DNA of 59,299 nucleotides from Trichoplax sp. H2 (lineage: Eukaryota): positions 124,001 to 183,299 of the forward strand of contig NOWV01000153.1 in NCBI GenBank assembly GCA_003344405.1, given 5' to 3'. Made by a program: the position numbers and the translations under genes. This document shows, piece by piece, positions 28,601-39,967 of the stretch. A model generated the notes under the pieces. It did not search any database and was not told the origin of the DNA. It saw nothing but the letters and a program-made list of their open reading frames with translations. Every line of letters starts with the position of its first letter. Positions within the stretch are counted from its first letter, which is position 1.

Positions 28601-31600
28601 TTGAAAAGTAAATGTAAAGTTAAATACTAAATAACCAAGTTGTCTTTGTGCTACACTCGAGTAAGTAAATTTCAATTTGTTCCTGAAAGTACTCGAAAAG
28701 GTTTGTATTTACAATGATCAGCCACGATCGTATGGATTTAATAAAAAATCCAATCATGTCAATTTCAGAAAGAAAAATTGACTTACTACAATCATAGTTA
28801 TGTAAATACCATTGGGCTATTAACGATATCACGAATTTTTATTTGCATTTGTAATGTAAGCCCATTCAAAGTTATTTGAGATGCTTTAGCTAGAATTTAA
28901 ACAATAGTGGAATGATTACAAAATTTTTATGGGCGATTGTCGCACATATAATTCGATAATACTCAATATAATTCGAAATTTGATGCAATTTACCCTATAT
29001 TATTCGCTGCTGAAGCCTAAGTTGCTAATAATTTATTAAGATTATCGTACATATATTTGCATCAATACTCGTATCGATATTCTTCTACTATTATGATTAC
29101 TTGACACAAATGAATAAGCTTGCTTCTAGTATCAGTCAAAATATTAGATATGCTGCTCAATTAGTCTAAGACATAAATATCTATTAGACCTTAAATTGTT
29201 ACAAATTTCAAATAAAAGGAGGAAGTTAAACAATAATCGAAGAATCTTTAATAACATTGTTAGGTAAAAATTACATGGCGAAAATGAAAAAAATATCTAC
29301 GAAATAAAGATACGGATAATTAGCAACGATAATGGGATATCATGGATAATCAATAGCATCAAATTGTTGTTGATAATTAGTAATATGAAAAATTTATATT
29401 CTCATGCTTATGCTATCAGTATTAAGTTAACATTATGACTTTGACATATAAAAGATGACGCATACTAAAAATTGTCTATTGAAATAGATTTTGGGTATAG
29501 TTGGAATTTCTTTGTGATCGATCAATGTTACATTTTGAAATGGAGCCATAATCTGGCGGGCGCCATTGACGTCAATAACTTAATTGAGTTATCCACCTGA
29601 CGAAATAATTGTGGAGAAAAGTTCTTTTGCGAATACGTTACTAGTGACGATCTTTAATCAATTTTATCATTTATATGTCATCATTTTATAACAGAGTATG
29701 CGTTACGATCATCGAAAAATTTGCGAATCCTAGCAATTTAAATTACTAAACTGGCAGACTCTCGAATACTCAGAAGATAGAAATAAGACGAAATTGAAAT
29801 TTATTATAGTCAGCTATCAACGATAAAATCAATTATATGGAATAATTAATCAGAATTAGAAACAATGGTATTAAATATCCGAAATCTAAGATAGTTTGTC
29901 ATTATTAGTCACAAGAGTACCAAAAAATATGTGAAAACTTGAATTAAAAGCTGGCACGTCATTAAAATATTAATATAGCCATTAAAGATTCCAATACCTA
30001 TCTTTCTAGCAATCGAAATTAAGTCAAAATCTCAATCTACCATGACTTATTACTACAACCTTCTAATAGATACTTAAACGAGTGCAAACAGCTAATCTTA
30101 GTCATGTTACAAGTAACCGCTTATATGGGATATTAAGTATTGCAGTATATTCCAAGCTTTAGTTATCCACTTCAGTTTTCTTATTTCCTGAAAATTATAA
30201 TTATATCCTACGAAATATCAAATTTAAGGTCTGCCCATATACAGTAAATTATGCTTTATTCGTATGCTATATAGAGATCAACATCGATTTCCTTTGTAGA
30301 TATGTTATCTAGACGTTGCTCATGGTTACAGCAATTCTCTATTGGCTGATATCTAATTGAAGAATTTAAAACAATTTCTGTATTCCTTTCATATTTTATT
30401 CTGGCATAAAACAACATTTGACGATCTTAATACTTGTTTCGATCCACCCATCCACCCACCTTGAAAGAAAAAATAATTATATGTAGGATTTGTAACGTTA
30501 TGGTTTACCGGTAGATTACGAAGATATTTACTGTGTTCTCATTGTTTCATTTCCAATAGGAATAATGATATTTTATTTGCTAGAACTTGTTACAAGACAG
30601 CGAGATGATAAAAATTTGTATGAACAAAATGATAGTCCGCTATTGTTGAAGATAACTTTTAATGTAAGGCCATATATTTTTCCTATACACTTTTACAATG
30701 CGTAAACAATCCATATTAAAGCGGTAATAAATTTATTACCCGATAGCGGGGTCATTAATTTTTTAAGCCTTTTCTTTTCCTAGAAAACTGTTTTAAATTC
30801 ATAATTTATTAACTAACACTTACGTTACGTAATATAGGCGTATAGAATATAATCTTGTACATGATGAATATGTCTATTCAGGATTTGACTGATTACGTGA
30901 TAAAAATGAAAGACTTCTATCTGCTTAAATCACCTATCTTATAATTTTTCATGTGTTTACTAGTTGGCCATGTAAGATTAGTTTTATATTGAAGTATTTT
31001 TAATCGAAAGATATTTATTCATAGACGATGAAGCTTTATTACTTAAAAATTCATGTTTTGTTTTATACTAAAATTAGATATCTTGCTTTCTTTCTACCTT
31101 CTCTCTTAAACATTCATGTCCTATTGGCAATGTATTTATCATAGATATCTGCCAATATGTAATATGCAAAGGAGCAAAAGCTCTTTTTTAAAGATGCATT
31201 ACTTGAATCCCTATGGTGGAATACATTATATCAAAACCTACATTTTACTTTGCATGGCTTTGAAACATTCAATTTTATTTCATGCCTTAAACTAAAATTA
31301 TTTATAATAGCATTCAAAAAAGTTACAGTACTTTAAACTGGATTTTAACGCTCTAAATCGACACTATAAATTTAAAATCACCATCCTCACATAAACAAAA
31401 TTCTCTAGAAGACGAATTCTATTCTTTTTAAAGGTGGATTTCGATTTCATAATAAGCAGTTTGTTTTCATTTTTAATTATTTCTAGAAGTAATTAAATGA
31501 TCAATTCTATCCATAGTTAAGCATAATAACTAATAAAGCGATTAAAATTTAAATTTATATGAAAAATACAGGCTCAACTTTCTTAATTAGATTTATTGGT

Positions 31601-34600
31601 TATATGATGTAATACAGATTTTCTAGTAAATTCGTCTGTTTTTAATGTTAAACATTTGGCTTACGTTCACTCGCACTGATTAATTTAGTCTTTTTTCAAG
31701 AAATGCATGTATGATAATAGTAAAATGACTATCTGATGCTTCACTAAAATAAAATTAATCAACTTTAGTTCTAATATATAGTTTTGATAAATGAGATTGT
31801 AAATCTTTCATGTATGACTTATTAATATAACTGTAAGTAAGGCAAGCTGTTTCAATTAAGCATTTCTGTTTTATAATTTTCCGTAGTTATTCCACAACTG
31901 CAATATAATATTACATTCGTATAATTTCAAAGATTGACAATGTCAGTTTGAATGAAATTCTAATAATACATCATTCCAATTTAGTATGAATATAAAATAT
32001 ACCAGGTTCTACGCTTCAGATGTTAACCATAATTGCTGACTGTGATAACTTCAGTAAGAAAGCTGTTATTTTGGTCAAGGGTATACTGCAATCAATAATT
32101 CCTGAGTAAAGCTTGCCTCGAAGCTGTTGTTAATGTATATTTTTGACCAATTCTGATAGCATAACATAACTTTGTTTGTAATACTGAATCCTGGGTGTAA
32201 GACCTTAAAATTACATTATTGATTCAATCAATTATAAATCATTCCATCTCAAATTCCATACTTTATATTTGCGCGTAAAGAGACATGTATAAAAATTATC
32301 TATTAACTTAGTATTGTACCGTAAATTTAGTATCGAGGTTAAATTCTCATACAGTATTAGAATTAGTAGTACTCGTATACGCTATAGCAGAATAGGAAGC
32401 TCATATAGATGGATATGATTGTTTGCAAGTACTCTGGTAGGATAAGGTACTTTACTTTCCGTAGTTAAGGAAATGGGAGCATAGATGCATGTATTAGACA
32501 TTATGACAAAGCTACTACCGTTACTTAATCGATTATGCATTTGAGTATGTAAACGAGTAGATTGAGTAAATGGAGAATTCTTCTTATCGATAGCTTGTTA
32601 TAGATACAGTTACAGATCAGATTTCATTGTAGTAAAGCTTAATTCAGTTTTATACATGTAAATTCAGATAATCTGACTTATTGGGAACCATAAGAATTAA
32701 CTTTTCTATAATATGTTAGCAGGTTTGTCATATTTGATGTCAAGACTTAAATTGCCATCAGATCTAAAGACTGAATATACGAGGTAGTAATGATCCCAAT
32801 TATTTTTAATTAGCTATTTTATTGCGTTTTAACTTACATTAGCGACAAATTTTGTAACTCTTGCCATAGCGCGATTTAATGGTTTTAGTAAATCTTTCTA
32901 AGGATTAATAATAAAATCTAATATGAACTAATTTAATCGATCAGTAAATTAATTATTTTGATTTGCCCTAGCAGTGCTATTATCATTCAACTCCTAGATC
33001 TAAAGGTAACTTTGCCAAAATGCTTTAATTATGTTGCAAATGGTATTTTAAGTAATAGCTAATAGTACTTTATTGCTCATAGTAAGTCAAACAGTCTGAT
33101 CCGGCAAAATATTTGCGCTTTTAGACATTACGTTCATATCTCCTTAGTTATATTTATTCGGTATTTTACATTCAGGTAATCCAACATAATTTTAAGATTA
33201 CCGTGAAGCTACAGGCATTCCTCATCATTAACTGATTTTAAGTCGTCACGAGCAATATAATGATTCATTATTTCATGTATTTATGTGCATACATTCATTG
33301 AATCTAGTAATTAAAAATTGATCATACTAAGAGCTGTATTTAGAGAGAAAATTGCTATTTAGCATTTTAATTCAATACTTAATACTTCTATTTCAAGACG
33401 AACTACTGTAAGATAAGTTTCTCATTCGTCACTAAAATTATACCGAAATTTGCATAATTCAAAAGTAAGATTCCTAATTTTATGGCTGTGTATTAAAATG
33501 GTCTCACAATAGGCTTTTATTACAAAATTTTAAGAATAATAGAGCAATAATTAATTACTAAAAGAATCTAATCTAAAATCTAAAGTGCTTCGAGCTCAAA
33601 GCGAAATAAAATCTCTTCTCTCCATCAGCTCATCTCTGCAGGTTTCTTAAATACATTTCGCTAAATCCAATTATGACCACTAAATTAATCTACAATCAGA
33701 CTTAAGCCATCTAACGGTATACTTTTTTCTCCAATAAAAAAACATCATTATTTTCTACAATCTGTATCATTCTACTTAAGATATTATTACCCTTCCATTA
33801 ATGTCCAGCATCTTTCGGTGTTGGCCATCTTCTCAATTACAGTGTTTCTAATCACATTAATCTTATACCATAATTAGTCAACTGGCTGATAAAATTCATC
33901 AACAATTTCTAATATAGTAGCTATCAATCATCTAATATTAGCTTCACTATCGTATCTATTCTTAGTAATCTTACAGTATCAAATAAAGCCATTTACAATA
34001 TCAAATATAGCTATCCTTATGATCAAATATGGGATGCATCACTATAGGTTGATTGCTATATAACAATATACATTGACCGATCTCGCAATGTATGTATAGT
34101 AATATATGTGTTATGAACTCTTAAGAAACGCCGTTTCACTCTCTTAACATGCGCTGCTGTCGTAATGGTGGATCACGTACTGTAGACTTGTATTTATTTA
34201 CTTTACCCCGTTATTATGTTAAAGCTTTTGCAATTTGAAAGTGTGCAATGTAATGTGCGCTAGAGAGAGATAGAGCAGTTCTACCGATCCGCTGGCAAAA
34301 AAAAATAGCAAATTAACTTCATTTTCAAGGATAGAAGCGCGAGAGAGAACGTCGAACCAGATGATCAAGTCAGCAGTATATATGAATCAATCAAAAATGG
34401 ACCATCAACGCAGTGTTCCTAATCTTTATGCTTTCAAAGTGCTGAGTCGAACTCATTCAATTTCAGTCTATAACACATGTAACACTTTGATCTTATATAT
34501 ATATTCTAGGATCGAGGCCCTATAAGCCACCCTATCATAGACTCGATAGACTAAGGTTAAATACGAGTGCAGGAAGTAGAAAGTCTCATCACTCAATCGC

Positions 34601-34609
34601 TACAGTATT

Positions 34610-35980
34610 GTTTAAATTGGCTCTTTCTATGTCGGACAAGTCACTGCAAATTCGATTGTCAGTCCTTGGTCATAATTATCCCGATATTGCTCGATCATTT
34701 AGCCACATGGGAGCTTTCTATTATAACCAAGGCAAGTATGACTTACTATTTGTATGTATGATAAATCACTACAAATTCGATTGTTAGGCCTTGGTCACAA
34801 TCATCCCGATGTTGCTCTGTCATATAACCACTAGTCCGACATAGAAAGAGCAAATTTAAACTTGCTGTGAAGATATCCGATTTCCCCAATTTGATGATGA
34901 CTATCGGCAAGACGAGCATCATTTTCGTCTAACCATTAGTTTCATTTCCAACGATTCCTAACAGTCTTACAGTGCTCCGTTCCATTCCCCTTGGCATCTC
35001 TTAATCTCGCGTTGTCTGTGTAAAAACATTCCGCCATTCTTATTTCATCTTGTAGTTCAGTAGCCAAAGATTGTCCCTTTTCACTCCTTTCAATAGCTTT
35101 CATCAATTCATATTGTAAAGTATAAATGTCATAAATGCCAAGATCAATATCGCATCAAAGTTGATCAATATCCTCACTAGAATTATACAATACAACGATG
35201 CAATCTCATCTACAGCTTGTATATAACAAGATAGTTTCTTCGCCAACTTGAAGGCAATCTTGCATTTCTTGCCCTTTTTGTACAGTGATTGTATATGGGT
35301 ATGATTAGGATGTAAACTCTTAGAACAGACAGATTCATTATCAGCCGTCTTCATTCACTAAATTAAATGACATCAACTTCGAGTTAGCCCCTGATTCCAG
35401 CGACAAGTGAGGAGAAATAAAGTTCATATCAAGCTTCGTTACAACGTTCAATTAGTAAGCACTGTTATTGTCATCAGATTGATATTATCTCTATACATAA
35501 ATGATGTTGCAATGATTGTGCTTAAGTGCGAGTCGTATTTCAACACAAAACTAGAAATAATTCGACTATCAACAATTTTCGACAATTAATAAAACTACGT
35601 CTATAATCTCATCTATCAATTCTGATTGGAAGATTATCCTGTAATCATTCAATCAATCATTGTAGATGATAGCTGAAGATAACGCTACCAGTCAATTGTG
35701 TGCATCAATCAATGCCAAATTGAATCCAACTAGTAGATTACTTTACGCGTTTATTAACAAAATGCACTCCAGCTTACGCAAAGATTATAATAATAATTAT
35801 AATTACAGTAACCATCAAACGACAATCTTTTTGTTCTAATAGACAACAGTAAATGAATGCTAACCATATCAATGATGTTTTAAACAAGACTGATTGCTTA
35901 CAGCATAGTTTTAGATGACGTCGTTTAGATGTCTTCAATTTATAACGTGATGATTATCAAAATAGAATGGGTCACTTACC
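34610..35980 (-). pseudogene. Truncated pseudogene of the TPR-Roco family (N-terminal/TPR part only), with an internally inverted TPR fragment at 34641-34830
   Basis: 35354-34835 (-) resembles the N-terminus at 45874 (ADNESV...HTHIQSLYKKG...DARLADSHHQIG) but has stops and frameshifts. 34611-34830 reads DKSLQIRLSVLGHNYPDIARS on the + strand. The upstream intron and 5' exon donor (35980) match 45880-46560. Confidence 0.85.
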
Positions 35981-36029
35981 AATGGATGTTTTAAAAATAG
36001 GCTAATAAGAATATGACGATTTTGCTGAG

Positions 36030-36179
36030 TGTTACGATGCGTAAGCTCGTCCTAATTATTTTGGGTGCCAAGATTCCTTCAGTAATAAATGATAGTAAAT
36101 CTCTGACTATCTCGTCTACATCATCTGTGACGCTATAATTATACCATAGTATTCGGTTGTTGGAACTGAATTATTTGGT
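36030..36179 (-). mobile_element. Partial solo-LTR-like insertion (runs into the gap), same family as 39333-39664 in opposite orientation
   Basis: Begins TGTTACG exactly where the pre-gap copy departs from the post-gap empty copy (ctgag|tgttac vs ctgag|atgtaa at ~36347). 36061-36179 is the exact reverse complement of 39426-39544. Confidence 0.7.
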
Positions 36180-37179
36180 NNNNNNNNNNNNNNNNNNNNA
36201 AACAAGACTGATTGCTTACAGCATAGTTTTAGATGACGTCGTTTAGATGTCTTCAATTTATAACGTGATGATTATCAAAATAGAATGGGTCACTTACCAA
36301 TGGATGTTTTAAAAATAGGCTAATAAGAATATGACGATTTTGCTGAGATGTAAATCTAATTTTATCAATCCGACTGTATGCTACTGTAACGGTGTAATAT
36401 TAAATTGTCTCTAGTTGTGTGGAATATGTTGTCAGTTCCTCCTCTATTAGCGCAATATATGCTATTGATTATCAATTGGTGGGAATCGGAAAGACGTAAC
36501 AGTGTTAATAGGCCTCTTGGTGAGAAGCGCAGGTGGAAGTCCTAGAAGATTGATTACAATTCGCTAACTTTTGCCTTAATTTTACTCATAACATGTTACA
36601 ATTTTAAAGTATACTGTATTCATATTACCTACTCTTATAAAATTCAATTTATGTCATCAGTATAACTATAAGTCGAAGTATCAAAAAAATACTCAAAGCT
36701 TATCCCATGATCTCTCTAGTTAACGTTATGATTAAGGCCCCGAAATAGTTTCGTGACTAATGAACAGCAATCATCAGTATGATTCTTTTCTAAACAGATT
36801 TGAAACTTTATATCGACTGTAAGCTATACTGTAGTTTCACTTAACAGCACTATAAAAATGAATGCAAAGTCTTACTCATTTAATTTTCATTTTATGGCGT
36901 AGCCTAGTTACGTAATAGTGTCCTGAAGTTTTTAATTACCATGTAACGCCTTGACGTATAACAATTTAAATTTTCGTGCGTGCCGCTTTGGTTAACTTAA
37001 ATGAGATTGCTGGTGAGCGTGCTTATAAGCATGAATTCAGATTACGTTAGTGATCTAATTAGGAGCGATAAAACTAGATGTGACGTTAAGTACTACAGAG
37101 GCTATGGTTGCAGATTGAAAACATGATTACAGATCAGTACTGATTATTAAATATTAAGTGAGCAAAAGAAATGCACGAT

Positions 37180-37932
37180 TAATAAAAGTGTAGTATCAGT
37201 CTAATCCGATACGTATATAATAAATTAAATGATTTCGATGATAAAATGTTACCGCACAACGTATTTTCTAATCAAATTTGAAAGCTGGATTTAGTCTTGA
37301 CTGCTACTTTTGCAATTACTGCTGTTATTTTGCTGCCACTAATTGAGCAAGTGGATAAGATTCAACAAATAATTTTATTTTACCTATAGTGTAGTAGGAA
37401 AGTATATTCGAGCTATTAATCATAAGTAGTAAAAGCAATGACAAGTTGTTACAAGTCTAGCCAATAAATTCATGGCTTATAGTAACCTGGAGAGACATGA
37501 TGCATTCTTAATTTACGATCAGATTGACAATGCTTAGGCCGAAGCCAAGTTATTACTTGTTATTACTTTTATTGAGCCAAGATAGAAGCACAACAAACGC
37601 TCTATTAATAAAAGTGCTATGCTAATCTAATTCAATACCTATATAATAGAGTACGCGTAGGTGTTTCGATAAAACTACCGCACAGCGTATCCTAATCAAA
37701 TTTGAAAGCTGGTTTTAGCCTTGTCTGCTAACGTTGCTAATGAGCCAACAAGTGGATAATAATACAAGCAATATTATTGCCAACAAATAATACTATTGTT
37801 CCTTTAGCATAAGGGGAAAGTATTTTCGGATTATAAACTATAAGATGTAGACGTAATCCCAAGTCATCAGAAGTCCAATGGAAAAAATCAAGGCGTTATG
37901 ATATCCTGGAGATACATAATGCATTCCTAATC
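37180..37932. repeat. Diverged direct tandem duplication of ~330 bp non-coding sequence (about 37180-37512 and 37607-37932)
   Basis: Shared blocks in the same order: aataaaagtg...taccgcac...ctaatcaaatttgaaagctgg...gtggataa...ggaaagtat...cctggaga...tgcattc.taat. Confidence 0.75.
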
Positions 37933-38780
37933 CAATGTATCCATCAACATCAAGTAGTTATCTGACACTTTGACGTGCATACGAGTCGTATTGCAAGTTG
38001 ACTCAATTCAATCAGACAGTGAACTGCAGTAGTATAGAGTATTTCCCGAAGTCAAGTTTATAATTGGGTAAATATCAAGTTACAACTCAAATGTCACGTT
38101 AAGGTTTAACACGTTGGATTGTAAGAGCTATTATATATTTACTAGCTATGACAGCCTAAATCGATAGATCAATGTATACTTTTACACGTTACTGCGCTTA
38201 AGTCGCTGACACAACTGCATACAAGTACGCTAATGCTAGACTATCCAATATTCAAGTTAAAAGATACACTTCAAAACTAAACAAATACTACTACAGTAAA
38301 GTGTACATCGAAGCACCATGACTTCTATTAATTTGTTATTACGCAGAAATTACGGACATAAGGCAAATGAATCATATTTTTAAATTACAATAGCTGTTTC
38401 TGCTTCTTAGTTAGCGGTTTTATACAATACTATGCCATTCTTGTTATAAAAAATCAAATGAAGTTAAATTTCGATCTATTTATACATCATGTAATACTTC
38501 AATATTTCACGTCTAATGGCGATAAAACTACAACATAGAAAATATAGCCATTCTAGTTTATTGATTATTGTAAGCAAGCCAACAAGAAATTAAATTAGGA
38601 CCATCGATAAATTAAAAATTTTAAAATTTTTAGTATTTAATTGACATTTTTAATACTATAGTATAACGCTGTGTAAAACTGACAACCATCTATAAAATTA
38701 AGAATGTTAATCCAAATTACTATTAGTTTGCTGGGAAGTTTAAAGTTTACTTGTAAAATCATCGTAAGCTGAAAAGTAAC

Positions 38781-39153
38781 TAAGCTTGTATTGTATTCCC
38801 TGTTTTTGAAGGGTTATCTGTTAGGATAGTTAAATTAATTTAGAAGAGTAATTTAAGAAGGTAAAGGCATTCTATAATAATTTTGTCTTGGCGCATATTT
38901 TATAAGTTCAATTTAAATGTACGATAAATTATAAGCTGTATTGAAGATGGCTTTGAGAATAGGCTGTTTGCATTCTAGAAATTTTGTTCGTTGTTCTTTG
39001 ACAGAATGATGTCATTCCTACCAATAGTTTGCAAAGCCCGCTGCAATCGGCTAATGCTAACATTGGGATGTGCCTTTTGGTACCAGTAATTGAGCAATTC
39101 CATTGCCTGGTTAAAGACTTGGTCGCGATTTTGTTCCATTATAACCTTAACAC
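38781..39153 (-). repeat. Gap-flanking duplicate (probable second haplotype) of the death-domain exon 3' part and 3' UTR, lacking the LTR insertion
   Basis: Matches 39174-39332 plus 39670-39883 with three substitutions; adjacent to the gap at 39154-39173; stop codon at 38975-38977. Confidence 0.85.
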
Positions 39154-39332
39154 NNNNNNNNNNNNNNNNNNNNTAAGCTTGTATTGTATTCCCTGTTTTT
39201 GAAGGGTTATCTGTTAGGATAGTTAAATTAATTTAGAAGAGTAATTTAAGAAGGTAAAGGCATTCTATAATAATTTTGTCTTGGCGCATATTTTATAAGT
39301 TCAATTTAAATGTACGATAAATTATAAGCTGT

Positions 39333-39664
39333 TGTCACACACCACTAGTGACAAAGTAGTCTACACACGCCAATCCTTGCGGAGAACGCCACTTACTAAT
39401 TTAAAGAGGCGAGATTAGCTATATCACCAAATAATTCAGTTCCAACAACCGAATACTATGGTATAATTATAGCGTCACAGATGATGTAGACGAGATAGTC
39501 AGAGATTTACTATCATTTATTACTGAAGGAATCTTGGCACCCAAGATTATAGTCTTCACAATTAAATATCAATTGAAAACTAGTTGACTATCTAACCGAC
39601 TAACGAACTAAAAAGGAATCTTCAGGCATCAGCCTTTTATAGTCTCGTCAGAAACTCCTTAACA
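39333..39664 (+). mobile_element. 332-bp solo-LTR-like element with 5-bp target-site duplication (orientation arbitrary)
   Basis: Termini TGTCAC...TTAACA. GCTGT is duplicated at 39328-39332 and 39665-39669. The empty site with a single GCTGT is visible at 38935-38939. Confidence 0.85.
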
Positions 39665-39704
39665 GCTGTATTGAAGATGGCTTTGAGGATAGGCTGTTTG
39701 CATT

Positions 39705-39967
39705 CTAGAAATTTTGTTCTTTGTTCTTTGACAGAATGATGTCATTCCTACCAATAGTTTGCAAAGCCCGCTGCAATCGGCTAATGCTAACATTGGGATG
39801 TGCCTTTTGGTACCAGTAATTGAGCAATTCCATTGCCTGGTTAAAGACATGGTCGCGATTTTGTTCCATTATAACCTTAACACAAATCGTTGGATCTAGG
39901 ATGGCCGCTAACTGTGGCCAGTCTGTGCCAATAGAGCTTGCAATAGGGTGAAAATACTTCCTAGGAT
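39705..39967 (-). CDS. Terminal exon encoding a death domain (paralog 1)
   Basis: DPRKYFHPIASSIGTDWPQLAAILD...NQAMELLNYWYQKAHPNVSISRLQRALQTIGRNDII follows the ankyrin/RIP/FADD-type death-domain pattern; phase-1 acceptor at 39968-39969. Confidence 0.88.

Noticed and set aside
15949-28832. Short 60-90 aa ORFs in the gene-poor region
   Set aside because: AT-driven I/L/F/Y-rich composition, no motifs and no consistent exon chains.
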